Shown piece after piece: positions 38,121 through 51,779 of a DNA stretch of 64,000 nt. The notes under the pieces were generated by a model, which was not told where the DNA came from, did no database searches, and saw only the letters and a list, made by a program, of their open reading frames with translations. The number at the start of each line of letters is the position of its first letter. Position 1 is the first letter of the stretch. The stretch spans positions 16,616,001-16,680,000 of the forward strand of contig NC_043015.1 of NCBI RefSeq assembly GCF_006345805.1, read 5' to 3'. Made by a program: the position numbers and the translations under genes. The DNA comes from Octopus sinensis. Its lineage: Eukaryota.

Positions 38121-38496
38121 TTTTCTCTTTCTTAGATCATCAACACTGTCTTGTTGGGGTGCTTTGGCTACTATGTTGATATCATCCACATAGCAGTAGT
38201 ACATAGTTATGTAGTTCTCTGCTAATTTCTCTTTGAGTCTCCTATCCCACCATACCAGAAATAAGTTACCAATGTTGATGGCTGCACCTTCCTCTTGGGT
38301 GTATATCTTGTTATTAAACTTAAATATGTGACCCTTGGGTGTGATTTTGGTACTCGCACCCACTACATGTGCAACCATCTTTTTAACCTGATCATTGTTT
38401 TGGGGGTCCACATAGCTCTGGTCCACCCATTCCATCTCTCTTCAGGGGTCTTCTTGGTCATTGAGGTTATAGTGCAGGATCTATCTTTTACCAATC
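38121..38496 (-). mobile_element. Penelope-like RT fragment bracketed by inverted repeats
   Basis: IYTQEEGAAI...LFLVWWDRRL...YYCYVDDINIV; flanks 38063-38120 and 38497-38554 are inverted copies. Confidence 0.65.
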
Positions 38497-38559
38497 TAGT
38501 GCGTGTGTTTATCTGGCAAAAGAAAAAAATGACCATCCTGAAATACAACAATATTATTA

Positions 38560-39480
38560 AATATTATTATCATTGTTGTTGTTGTTATTGTTGTTATTAT
38601 TGTTTTACTTCTCAGAACTTTCAGTTTTGTTTGTTCAGGTAGATTCTGTGAGAGCAGACAGCATCCTGCTGTCATTATAAGCTTTGATACTTGGTTGTTA
38701 ATTATCATGGGAGATATTAAACATCCAAGTACCAATCTCAAAATCCTAGCTGTCCCCAGCAGAGCAGTTTTGGGGGCTTACTCTGCTCTCATGTCATTCT
38801 GATTTCTTCGACATATTTCTCGAACTTGATTGTTAGTGCTCCAAGTACCCCTACAACTACTGGACATTCTCCTCATAGTCCACATTCTTGCAATTTCATC
38901 TTTTAGTAGTCTGTACTTTTCAATCTTTTCTGGCTCTTTATCACTTATGCATGCATCTCCAGGTATTGCTACATCTTTGATCTTGGTTTCCTTTTTGCCT
39001 TTATCTACCACAACAATATTTGGTCTCTGAGTCTTGATTAGGGAGTCACATTGGATTGTAAAATCCCACGGTATTTTATGTTCCTTGTTCTCGGTGACTC
39101 CTTCTGGTTCATATTCGTACCATTTCCATGCTCTTATCAGGCTGTACTTTTCACATAGCCTCCAGTGGATGAACTTAGCCACGTTTTTGTACCTCCTTTT
39201 GTAGTGCTTTTGGGCCAGCTTGCTACACTGGCTCACAATATGTGAGATTGTTTTGTTTCTGCTGCCACATATCCTACAAAGGGGCAATGCGATATTCTTA
39301 TCTATCTGGAACTTGGTGTAATTAGTTCTCAGAGCATGTTCCTGGGCACTACATATCAATGCCTCAGTGCATCCTTTCAGATCACTTTTTTTCAGCCATC
39401 TCCAAATGTTGATCTTGTCTTTTCCTTCAATTTCTTTGAGGTATTGCCCATACAGTGGTTTCATTTTCCAGTATTGCTCT
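38560..39480 (-). mobile_element. R4/Dong-like LINE 3' end (CCHC knuckle and restriction-like endonuclease) with (AAC/AAT)n tail
   Basis: ORF 38778..39464: CRICGSRNKTISHIVSQC, WDFTIQCD...RPNIVVVDK, DVAIPGD, KEPEKIEKY. Confidence 0.92.
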
Positions 39481-39594
39481 TGCCGTGACCATTTTCCATT
39501 TGATAAATTAAGTACCAGTGAAACACTGGGGTCATTGTAATCCTCTAGTCCCCTAACCCCAAATTTTAGGCTTTGTGGCTTTACTAGAAAGGGT

Positions 39595-39725
39595 GGTGGT
39601 TGTTGTTGTTGTTGTTGTTGTTGTTTTTGTTGTTGTTTTTGTTGTTGTTGTTGTTGTTGTTGTTATTATTATCATTATTATTATCATTATCATTATCATC
39701 ATCATCATTATTATTACTATTATTA
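39595..39725. repeat. (GTT)n/(ATT)n/(ATC)n trinucleotide microsatellite, followed by a SINE family A copy
   Basis: Direct reading; SINE begins gggcagtgagctggcagaatc at ~39730. Confidence 0.9.
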
Positions 39726-39951
39726 TTAAGAGGGCAGTGAGCTGGCAGAATCATTAGTATGTTGAGCAAAATGCTTAGTGTTATTTTTTAATGCTCTGAG
39801 TTCATATTCTGCCATGGTTGATTTTGCCCTTCATCCTTTCAGAGTTGATAAAAGAAGTACCAATTGATCACTTGGGTTGATTTAATCAAAATTCTGGAAG
39901 CTATTCTCACCACCTGCTATGTTCCCTCCCCCATTTAGTCATACAAGTAAA

Positions 39952-40499
39952 TACGGGGTCTCCCAGAATTAATCATGATTTGAGTGAAATCGGATGCATT
40001 TTTTTTAAAACTCACTTTCATTTATGTTTATCATGTTTAATATGTGTTAAAAGTGTATAAATTTTAAATTTTGTTTATAATTTTATTTTCGTTCCTGTTG
40101 GACTGCTCTTATTTGTCCATGACAGCTTTTTTCATTTCGGCAGTAATTATTTTCTCTACCTCCACCCCCAAGATGGAGCAATCGTTTAGCTGAGCTTAAA
40201 CAACACATTCAGTTAGCAGTGAAGGAACTAACTTCTGAAATGCTTCAAAATGTATTTCACAACACCAAGGAGAAATTTGAAGTATGCAGGAATACAGACA
40301 TTCTTTTTTTTTTTTTTGATCTAGTTTCAGCACACGAGCTGTGACCATGCTGGGGTACCGCCATTGTTGAAAATTTCCAATAAAAGTGTGATGTAAGATT
40401 TATAAATCTATTTGTTTCGTTAATAAACATAAAATACTGTCAGTTTTTTTTTTAATTTGCTCAATTTCATTGAAACAGTTAATTCTGGAACACCCTGTA
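39952..40499 (+). mobile_element. Tc1/mariner deletion derivative (MITE-like) with a small SINE insertion
   Basis: TIRs tacggggtctcccagaatt / aattctggaacaccctgta with TA ends; residual LAELKQHI...EMLQNVF transposase tail. Confidence 0.7.
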
Positions 40500-41154
40500 T
40501 GGTGTAGCATTGTTAGTTGTTGCATTGCTTGAGTAAATATTAAAATCAAAGGTCTTCTCACTGTAAACATCTCATCTTCTAGTTAAGCATATTGTATCAA
40601 GGAGTGTATTATCCAAAATGTATTTCTCCTTTTTTAGGTGTGGCTGTGTAGTTGAGAAGCTTGCTTTCCAGCCATGTTGCCTTAGGTTCAATCCCACTGT
40701 GCGGTATGTTGAGCAATTCTCTTTCATTACAGCTCCATGCTGACCAAAGCTTTGTGTATTTTATAATTGCCATTACTGTATTGATATATAAAATAACACA
40801 TACAACTCACTTATTATAGTCATATAATAAACAAACAGAAGTTCGTGTATGAAATTGATCTACTTCAATTATTACATGCTTTCCTCTTATAAGATACACA
40901 CATACAGGAGGTGTAAATCTATATATATAATAATACTTTGAACGTGGCTCCCAAGAAAGAGTAAAAGTAATTACCTGATCAAAGGCGGATATTACTGCTA
41001 GTATATATATAGAAGTGGGGTTATCCAGGGTAACCCTATAAACCAGCCTACTCCACTACAGTATTAACTGCTCTACATCTTAGAGTGAGCTTCTCCAGAT
41101 TTATGTATTTTTACAAATGATATATATATATATATATATATATAAATATATATA

Positions 41155-41460
41155 TCATCATCATCATCATCATTTAACATCCGCTTTCCATGCTAGCATG
41201 GGTTGGATGATTTTGACTGAGGGCTGGCGAACCAGATGGCAGCACCAGGCTCCAAACTTGATCTGGCAGAGTTTCTACAGCTGGATGCCCTTCCTAACGC
41301 CAACCACTCCGAGAGTGTAGTGGGTGCTTTTTACGTGCCACTGGCACAGGTACCAGGGAAGCGACGTTGGTAACAATCATGCTCGAATGGTGCCCTTTTA
41401 CGTGCCACAGGTACAGAAGCCAGTTGGCTGCTCTGGCAACGATCATGCTCGGATGGTACT
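41155..41460 (-). mobile_element. RTE 3' UTR copy
   Basis: catcatcatttaacatccgctttccatgctagc...ctggatgcccttcctaacgccaacc. Confidence 0.85.
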
Positions 41461-42692
41461 ATATATATATATATGTATATACATACATATATATATATTG
41501 TTGTATTTAGGAATAGTCATTTTGCCAGTTTAGCCAATAAAAACACACGCACTATATTTGGTGTTACTTTGCTTCAGCGTTATTTATTTTTTACATTAAT
41601 CTTAATCTTATTTCGGCCAGAGTTCTTTCATCACACTCCTGTGACCGCATCAGTGGTCCTTTGCTTTCGTCTTTCTTATTTGTGTGTCTCTCCTTACTAA
41701 CCGTCTGCCATTTTGTACTTCTATTGTATGTGTCTTCATTTGCACATGCGTATATCTCTATGTGCGTCTATGTTTAGTTAGTGTGTGGGGGGGGGAATGC
41801 CTGTAATATTTGTATCTCTTGTTTATATATGTTCATGTAATTTATTTTTGTTCTTGTTTTTGTTTATTCTTATTTTGTTCATGTGTTTATACCCACTTAT
41901 TATTATTATTATTATTATCATCACCACCATTATTATCATTATCACTATTATTATTATTATTATATATGTATGTATAAAAATAATAGTAGTAGTAATAACA
42001 ATAATAAAAATAAAAATAAAAAATATAAAAAATTAAATAATAAAAATTAAAAAATTAAAAAATATATTAAAAAATATAATTAAAAAAATGTATATAGTTA
42101 TTTACTTCCATTTGTTTATTTATCTGTGTATTTTATTTTATTACGTTTTCAGTTTTGTTTATATTGTAACCAGTTTATGGGGATCCTCTTCTGTCATATG
42201 TTGTGGTGTGTGCTAGTGTTCCATTCCAGGTTCAGGCTTAGGTTTATCTTCTATTATGTGTGTAGCTTCCGTAATTTGTCTGATTGTTGCATCTGTTCTA
42301 TGTGTGGACAAGATTTTAACTTCTATGTTGTTGATTGAGCCCCCGTGTTCCTGCTCGGCGTGTTGGTACAGAACCGATGAGCTCTTTCCTTCCTTAAGTT
42401 CTCTCCAATGTTCATTTACCCGCTCTCCAATGCTCTGTGCATTAACTGAGGATGAATATGATGAAGATGATGGTGATGGTGATGATGATGCGTTGTGTGA
42501 TCAGTAATAAGGCACTTGTCTAGCAACTAAAAGTTATGGAGTTTCAAATCCTGACAGTAAGGCCTGTTGCTCTTTTCTGTCTCAAATTAGTATGCAGCGA
42601 AAAACAAACAAACAAACAAAAAACTATAAAGTCACAAATTGAACTGTTGTGTCCCCCACCCCTGGGCTCCCTTTTCCCATCCCTTACATCTG

Positions 42693-42732
<40 letters not shown>

Positions 42733-43058
42733 TGAGAAAGTTGGTGTGTGAAAGCACGTTGTTGGATATATAGAAAATAGAAAAGAGTGAAAAAACTACA
42801 GAAGGCTTGTTTTATAAGGTTAAAGAATATATTTAAGTCGTTATGTTAGAAAAATGTTATAAAATTTTGCATATAGTAACATAGTTTTTGGAGAAATTAC
42901 CGTTTCGTGTTAACTTTTCAAATTTCTCAAATGTGTTTACCTAGATCGTGTCATGTCTTTGTAATGCAGTGCAAAGAAGAGTTCCAGGCAGGGGGAGGTA
43001 ATAAGCGATTTCTTCCAGTATAAGGGAGGTAATCGCTTTATATTTCTTTTCCCCTTTT

Positions 43059-44290
43059 TTAATGAGATGAGTTTCTATGTATAAGAATGTTAGGATGGTT
43101 AAGTTCAGGCTTATATATTTCAATGAAGAATGTTTCCTTGTTTAATCTAATTTGTGTTGGTGTTCCAATAGCACACTGATAGAATGGAAAGATTAAAAAT
43201 TGTGATAGTAGTTGCTTTGCGCATTTCTCAATATGCTCACTAAAGGGTATCATTCTGTATTCTGGGAATGCAATCTGTTGTCGATGCAGAGTGCATCTGT
43301 GTCTGAGTGATAATCCCGTGGACCCCACATAGTTTTGGTGGCAGCCCGAGCACCTTATGACATAAATTATGTTTTCAGAAGCACAAGTAAAATTAGATCT
43401 GATCTTGAATTTTTGTCCCTCTTTGAAAAGGAATTCTGATCCTTCTAGAAGGTTTGGGCATGTTGCACAGTTTGGTCTACCACATTTTTTTACTTTTGCA
43501 TCCGTAATTTTAGAAAACAATTTTGCCTTTGTGAGAATTTTTTTAAGTGATTTAGGTTGTTTGTAGCTTTTAATGATTTTATGTATGTTTAGAATTTCCT
43601 TTAATTTGGGGTCCTTATGAAGTATTGGTAAATTCTGGGTGATGATGGTGAAGGCGTCTTTGTTTCTGGGGTTGTATGTGGATATGTAAGGCAGTATTTT
43701 CGGGGAAGGTGTGTTGTTGTGTTGAACTTTTCTCAAAGTTTCTATGTCGATTTCTGTTGCATGTCTGATGCCATCTTCTATGAGTTGAACTGGGTAGTGT
43801 CTGTCAATTAGGGTGTTTTTGAGTTCTTGTAGTCTAAAGTTCCTGGCATTTTGCTCTGACACTATTGTGCATATCCGTCTTGCAAGGTTGAAAGGGATGT
43901 TTGTTTAGTGTGTCTTGGGTGGCATGAATCAAAAAGTAGGTATTGTTTGGCGTCTGTGGCTTTGTAAAAAATGTCTGTTTCTATTTTAAGGTTAATTTTT
44001 TTAATCAGTATATCTAAGAATGGAAGCTCCTTTTGGTTGTATCCATTGTGAACTGTATATTTGGGTTGATGCTGTTCAATAGGTTTTTGAATTTTAGGAG
44101 TTTATCTGTGTTTTCATTCCAGAGTATAAAACAATCGTCCAGGAATCTTTTCCAATTCTCTTTTATGTATTGAGAAAGGGGGTTTCCAAAGGTTGATAAA
44201 GATTCATGGTATATAATTATTTCCAGGTAGCCCATTGTTAGGTTCGCAATGACTGGTGCTGCCCTTGTACCCATAGCAATTCCGGATTGG
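43059..44290 (-). mobile_element. Penelope-like element (Neptune-like): RT C-terminal half and GIY-YIG endonuclease
   Basis: GIAMGTRAAPVIANLTMGYLE, WKRFLDDCFILW, KCGRPNCATC, NIIYVIRCSGCHQNYVGST...HR, LNKETFFI; endonuclease C-terminal to RT. Confidence 0.92.
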
Positions 44291-45938
44291 CCCAGCATGG
44301 CCACAAATCAAATGACTGAAACAAGATAAAAGATGCATGCATACATGCATACATACATACATACATAAATATATGCATACATATATACTACATACATACC
44401 TATGTACATATATACATACATATGTACCTATGTACATACATATGTACATGCATACATACATACCACACTGTTATTTTTATTTATTTATATTGTCATACTT
44501 TAATTTTGTATTAATATAATTGCATTTACTACTACGTTTGATATGTAAAGTGATAATGTATTTGAAGAAACAAGATGTAGGGGAGTAGAAATGAAGGAAA
44601 CAAATAAGAGCAGGAATTAGACAACAATTATTCTATTAAAAAGTTGGCTGTCACATCATAGATTATTTGAATTAATTAATTCCATTTAATAAACAATTGA
44701 GATCTTATAGCTCATTGAGTGGCCTAAGTGATGTTCTAACAACAAAAGGCTCTATGATTACACTTGCCTACATATCCTGGTATTTGATTGCGTGATTTGT
44801 GAAATTATTCCAATTGTAAATCAAAACCAAACAGTTCACTTTATGGGAACTTCCACAAGTATCAATCTTGGCTCAACAACATGACAATATAGTACTTATG
44901 TTAACAACACTTAGGCCTCTTAAAATAACACTCCTATATACATCAGTAAATGTTCCTCTGTGCTGAGATCTAGTGTCATAAATCTGATATATTTCAGCTC
45001 CAACTTTTTTATTGTAGCATGCATGCATAAACATTGAATCATCAATGCTGAAATTACCAGCTTTAGGTTAATCAGCCTTGTATCATGTGGCTATTTAAGC
45101 AGAACTGAAACAACCTAGCAATAAACATTATATTTCTCATACATAATATTTCTAAGATACTTATCACAAACAGAACTTCAACATTGCTTTGGAAATTACA
45201 TATGGCTCTGTTACTGGGATGTTAGCCTGAAGGATCCTGTCAATATCCCTGTACTATATCACAAGAAAATATAGTAGTTACATATGTGTTTATGTATGTA
45301 TGTATGTATGTATGTATGTATGTATGTATGTTTGTATGTACAAACAAAAGTGAAACCGATAACAGTCTGAGGCTCAATTACAGTGAAATAGATATGTTTA
45401 CCAACTGCTTAACACCATGAAAGAGGGGAGCTTGATTCAGTGCATCTTATAAACTACATGAAACACCTTTCAGAATCAACGGTTGCTATAATTTCTCAAC
45501 TCATTTTAAATCAATACATCCATTGCTCTCTCTACCTCTTTGAAACAAAATTGCCAACAATGAACAAATAATGTCTTTGTGACAAATATTACCTATTCAA
45601 TGCATCAAAGTATTTGGTATCTCATACAAGAATTCCATGACACCTGTAACTGCCTCCTACAATTAAAAGAACCTTTTAAGGACTGGATTTTATAGAATGT
45701 AAGTAGATGAGTAATGTCTCGCTTTGAATTAGAAGGAGGAATACATTAGAGAGAGAGAGTGCTTCAAAAAGGATGCCATGGTCATGACTGTATTGCCTTT
45801 GATCATAAATCCGTTTGATCGGGGCTAAACAGCAACTAGATCATTTTCTTTTACAATAGATTTATAACGGAAGGAAGGTTTTTATGATACTTTTGGGGTA
45901 TCTTCTTCCATTATAATTATTTTGTTGATTAAAGGAGC

Positions 45939-46275
45939 TGGAAATATGAAGAATGATGTTCTCAGTCAGAGTAAATTCAATAACCGTTTATTCACAGATG
46001 CTTCGTTCAAGGGGTTTGCTTTCAGTAACCATCTTCACAGCAGTGCATAGTTAGCCTTCTCTCCCATACACGTGAGGTTCAATAACCTCTGGAGACAATG
46101 CATGTGGTATCACAGCAGGACAAAAACCCGTTGTGAGCTCCTGGTTTCGAAGTCTTGCTCGGCATCAGCATGCATAGAATGTGAGGGAAAATGTTGTTGT
46201 CTTTTCCTTAAATAATGGTTGCAGACAAGATCTCACTGTTTCAAAATGATGCTGGCTTCTTTGTGCCTCGCTACA
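45939..46275 (-). mobile_element. Solo LTR, same family as 4963-5341
   Basis: Highly similar by eye; lacks one ~42-bp internal repeat unit; no obvious TSD. Confidence 0.8.
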
Positions 46276-46814
46276 GATTGTTTCAGAAGTGTAAGAGCAA
46301 AAATTAATTTAAAAAAAGCTGGAACATTTTGAGAAATTCATATTATTAAAGCTATCTATCATACTTTGTTTTATAATCTGCACAGGTAATATACTGGAAG
46401 AAGTTACAGAATTGTGGCTAAATGGCAAATAGAATTGAAACTTTACTAGAAATTATGTTTTTGTATTCAGTCTTAGTGAAAAGATGTGTACAAGAACACC
46501 TGAAGAGAATTAGAGAATATAATGATAAAAGTGAGATATAGAAAATAGAAATATAAAATGATACAAGATGAAAACTTCATACGCATCCATTCTTGATATC
46601 AATAGGGGTGAAACTTGTCCTGGCTAACAAAAGAACATTCTAGTTAATCAACCACAAAATTAGGAAATAAACACAGTATTCTCAGTTGTGGTATAGTTAT
46701 TACATTCAGTATTGATTACCCTGAAGTATTCTGTCATCTACTTCTATACAATGCTTTGGATTTACCCAAACTTGATGAGACTTCCAAGCAATAACAACAA
46801 TTTAGTGACTCTGC

Positions 46815-48905
46815 TTTTGTATCAGTTTTTCCATATTGGGAGTAGGGGGTGTAGGTATACTCCTTGTGGAGAAATGGGTGGATAAGGTCATAGAGGTTGT
46901 CAAGGTATGCAATAGAGTGCTTAAGCTCAGGCTAGTCCTGCAGAATAGTATAGGCACAATTATCTCTGCCTACACCCCACAAGTGGGCCTACAAAATTAT
47001 CAGAAGGACCACTTTTATGATATCCTCCTACAAGCTACCTCAAAGATGAATAGCAATGACCTCATCTTTGTGGCTAGAGATTTTAGTGGGCATGTTGGAC
47101 GGCAATCCGGTATCTTCACTGGTGTATATGGGGGCCATGGAATTGGTTACCAAAACGAAGAGGGAACTAGGCTACTGGAATTCTGTGATGCATGCAACCT
47201 TTTAATCTGCAACACTAACTTCAGGAAGCCAGACAGCTACCTGATAACCTATCGATCAGGTGATTCTGCTAACCAGATTGATTTCATCCTCACCAGACAG
47301 CGGGATGCAGGGTTGTTCTTAAATACAAAGACCCTCCTGTGTGAAGAATGTACCTCCTAGCATAGACTAGTCATTAGTGACTTTAGACTTGGGAGCTCCT
47401 CTATGCTGATGACCTGATTCCCATTGCAGAATCACTACTGGAACTAGAGAAGAAATTTCAGGTGTGGAAGCAAGGTTTAGAATCGAAGGGCCTTAGAGTT
47501 AATGTCGCAAAATCCAAAGTCCGAATAAGTAGGAAGGCGAAAACATCACAAACCCTTTCAGGTAGATGGCCCTGCTCGATCTGTAGAAAAGGTGTAGGTA
47601 GAAACTTCATACAATGTACCCAGTGTAAGCTATGGACACATAAGAGGTGCAACAACATCAAAGGAAGATTAATCGGGAAGGTAGCTTTCATGTGCGGCAG
47701 ATGCACAAGGGCAATAAACACCACAGATACTCAGAAAACAGATTCCACCACATGCCACGGGGAGAAACTAGAAGTAGCTGATAGCTTCCGCTACCTAAGT
47801 GACCAAGTCTGTAGTGGGGGTGGATGCTCAGGGAGCATCACCACTAGAATAAGAATAGCCTGGGCAAAGTTCAGAAATCTCCTACCTCTACTGGGAACAA
47901 AGGGCTCAGAGTGAAAGGTAGATTGTACAGTGCATGTGTGTGAATTGCCATACTTCACGACAGTGAAACATGGGCCTTGACTGCTGAAAACATGCATAAG
48001 CTCGAAAGAAATGAAGCTAGCATGATCTGATGGATGTGTAATGTTAGTGTGCACACATGACAGAGTGTAAGCACCCTGAGAGAAATGTTGGACATAAGAA
48101 GCATCAGATGTGGCTTGCAAGGACTGCACTGGTATGGTCATGTACTACGGATGGATGAGGAGAGCTGTGTGAAGAAATATCACTCCTAAACAGTGGTAGA
48201 GGGGGACCCAGGAAGACATGGGATGAGGTGATGAAGCATGACCTTCAAATGTTGAGACTCACAGAGACAATGACAAAAGACCGAGACCTCTGGAGATATA
48301 CTGTGACTGAGAAGACCCGGCAAGTAAAACGAGATTACAGCTGTAGTCTACAACCAGTGTTGCATAACCAGCCCACTTATAAAAAGTACCTTTGGCTCAT
48401 CAGGTGACATGCCATGCTTCAGGAGAGCTTCTGAGTCAAGTACATCAAAATCAAAATCAAATCAAACCACAGTCAAATGGAAATTGTTGTTGTGACTAAT
48501 GCCAGTGCTGCCTGACAGGCTGCCATTCTGGTGGCATGCAATAAGCACCATTTATGCATGGGCCATCGCCAGTGCCACCTGACTGGCTCCATACTGGTGG
48601 CATGCAACAAGCACCATTCATACGTGTGTCATTGCCAGTACTACCTGACTGGCACCCTGTGCCGGTGGAACATAAAAAGTGCCATCCGAACATGGTCGAT
48701 GCCAGCCCCCTCACCCCTACTGGCTCCTGTGCTGGTGGCATGTAAAATGTACCCACTACACTCTCAGAGTGGTTGGCATTAGGAAGGGCATCTAGCTGTA
48801 GAAACATTGCTAGATATGATTGGAGCCTGGTGCGGCCTCCTGGCTTCCCAGACCCCGGTCGAACCATCCAGCATGGAAAACAGACGTTAAACAATGATGA
48901 TGATG
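46815..48905 (+). mobile_element. RTE-clade LINE with a large internal deletion (APE joined to RT C-terminus at ~47390)
   Basis: GGVGILL, IISAYTPQVG, DFSGHVG, NTNFRK, QIDFIL, then directly ELLYADDL, CSICRKGVG, KVCSGGGC; 3' UTR and (GAT)n tail. Confidence 0.92.
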
Positions 48906-49329
48906 ATACTTTCATAGACATTTGTTATGTTTTTTACATGGGAAAGGAACTGTAAGTTGGTGACAGACATGCTATTTTCAATTTTCAGTGATATTAATTC
49001 CTATGACTAGAAATCTATTCTGAGATATAAATATAGCTCACTGCTAGTTCTTTGCTTGATAGAACTCTCTCTACATTGTTAATATAACTTCCTGATCAGA
49101 AACTCTTACTTTGTCTTCCTGAATCCAATGGTAGAAAATACTTTTAATAATGGTTGCTGCCCACTGACAACAGTTTCCATCAAGTTGAGCACAAAGTGCA
49201 TGGCTTATTTTGAAATGCAACAACATATGTAAATGGGCTTTTTCTTTTGTTTTTGAAAGTGTCAAATGTGTATCGAATTATGCAGACAGGAGGGTGGTGT
49301 TTCGATTGCAGTATAACCATGAAAACAGC

Positions 49330-49665
49330 AGGAACTTTTGCCTTTCAAGCATTGGGCTTCACAGAGACAATGACCAAGACCTTTGGCATTATGACGTGCT
49401 TAAGAAGAAGACCCATGAAGCCAAGCAAAATTGCAGTTGTGGCAGATATTGGTGTCACAGAAATGGCACCCATGCCAGTGACACGTAAAAAACACCCATT
49501 ACACTCTCAGAGTGGTTGGCATTAGGAACAGCATCCAGCCATAGAAAACCTTGCCAAATCAGACTGGAGTCTGGTGCTTACCAGCTTACCAGCCCTAGTC
49601 AAACTGTCCAACCCATACCAGCATGGACAACGGATCTTAAATGATGATGATGATGATGATGATGA
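49330..49665 (+). mobile_element. RTE 3'-end copy
   Basis: LGFTETMTKTFGIM..., 3' UTR, long (GAT)n tail. Confidence 0.8.
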
Positions 49666-50194
49666 TTCTTACTGTTTAGTTATCCACACAAAAGATTGAA
49701 AAATAATATTAATTTAGGTAGGATTTGAAACCGTGAGCTATAAATTCTGAAATTGCTACTAACACATATCAGCTTCAGTGCCCTTTCTTATATAACAAGT
49801 TCACCATAATCTGTTTCTTGCTGTGACAAGAAAGTTTTAAGCTCATTTTTGATTTCATTTTCTTTTTACTCTAACCCTGTTCACACACACTTACAGTCAG
49901 TATCTCAGCTATCAACACTTCAGCAGATAAAGGACTCATTATATAATATTCAAATCCACACTGTTAAATGCACCATGTTTATATTGGATGAAGATTAGGA
50001 TTTAGATGATCTAACTTAACACCAATACCCTTGAGATATTTTCATTTTACAAGGTAAAAGCAACTAATTAGTTTTTGATTAAAGATTAGTGTGCAAATAA
50101 CAAAAATTTCATTAATTACCAAAACATTTAATTCTATGAATATATGGGTTTGTCTGCTACCGTAATAACTTGTGTATGTATATAAGTGTTTGTG

Positions 50195-50209
50195 TGCTTG
50201 TGTGTGTGT

Positions 50210-50295
<86 letters not shown>
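50195..50295. repeat. (TG)n microsatellite, ~50 units
   Basis: Direct reading. Confidence 0.97.
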
Positions 50296-50298
<3 letters not shown>

Positions 50299-51128
50299 GT
50301 TTATTTCTCCATGCTAGAATTGATGAGGTTTTTAAAAAAGAATATCTTACTTGGTTTGTTCATTGGATTGCAGCCATACTGAGGCACTACCTTGAAGGGC
50401 AGTGTACCACCTTACACTTTGACTGGAGTCAAATTGATCACCAAACATTTCTAATTTGGTTCTTATTTTATTGGTTTCTTTTTGTTCAAGTTACAGAGAC
50501 ACAAACAACCCAACATTACTTTCCAAATGGTGAGAGAAGAAACACAAATGCAAAGATGCCCTCCAACCCCAACCACCCACACACAAACACACACACACAC
50601 AAGCACACACAAACATACATACTTGCACCCATATGTACATATGTATATAGGTACGTACAAATATGCATTCTGGGAATAAATTTGTCCTTTTTTTCAGCAT
50701 AGATATTTGTCAATCATTTCAATAATTCATGCAAGAGTAACAAAATTAGTGGTGGAGTTTTAAAAATTGAATCTACTTGTTTTATTGTTTGTATTTTATT
50801 TGTTCCTTTTTTAAAATATATTCTCAAATCTGATTTAGAAATTTAAAATCTGGAAACATCCTATAAAAAAATAAAGGCAAAATATGTCAATATTCTATCT
50901 TATATCAGTTCTGTCATTCTTATTTATATTGTCTGGATGTTGAAGTATTGATCACTGATATCAATACAACCAGAATGAATCACTTGTTGATAGATACTTC
51001 TAGTTATGAAAGTCAAGTAATTTACTCTATTGCACTAATACATAGATAAATATTTGTCTCAAATATATAATATACATGTGTTTTTACACATTTTTAAATT
51101 ATGCTGTGGAGACACAAACCAAGCTTAC

Positions 51129-51176
51129 CACATCCAGTTCATAAACTGTATAGTTTTGGTGCAGCTTACCTAAATT
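51129..51176 (-). other. Candidate 48-nt micro-exon (NLGKLHQNYTVYELDV) of an unidentified host gene
   Basis: catttcccctaaag| acceptor, open phase 0-0 frame, GTG|GTAAGC donor; no homology recognised. Confidence 0.3.
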
Positions 51177-51779
51177 CTTTAGGGGAAATGCATGTTGTTT
51201 TAAATACATCCACAACTTTTAACCATTTTCTTGTCCATTTCTAGCAGCCAAATGATGTTATTCCCAGCTGACTTCACTTAACTGAAATGTTTTCATAGGA
51301 GACTCTAAATAGACTTAAAAACTACAGCCTTAGTTTGAAGGTATTATCAAGATACAAGTTCAATATATAGCATTTGTTTTGCAATTCTTTGATCATTCAT
51401 TCATATAAAGTGTTTGGTCCAGCATAAACAGTGCCTGTATATCCTTGCTTCAATATGAAAGACCTCAGCTCCCTTCAAAATCATTCAGAACGTTTAAAAT
51501 ATTTCTGATGTTATCACTTGAAGACATTTGCATGATGCTTGTGAAGAACCCTTGTCCCCTCTGAGGAAAGAAGGGAAGTCAACACACATGCACAATAGGC
51601 TGCAACTGTTGTTAACCTCGCGATGCCATACTGAGACCAGACATAAATGTATTACCATAAAAGTCCATGTAATTTACGAACTTTTTTCACATAAAATAAA
51701 AATGAACTTTAATGGGTGCGTAAATTATATGAGTAGATTGTTTCCAGAATTTTTTTTTAAATTTGCTTCATTGTTTTTA

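Noticed and set aside
43059-44304. Possible selenocysteine-type (Naiad) Penelope element
   Set aside because: The GIY-YIG domain is C-terminal to RT, not N-terminal, and the break between the two ORFs is a frameshift rather than an in-frame TGA
49117-49210. Minus-strand open stretch (HALCAQLDGNCCQW...IQEDK) ending AAA|GTAAGA
   Set aside because: Weak acceptors and donor, no recognisable homology; compatible with chance
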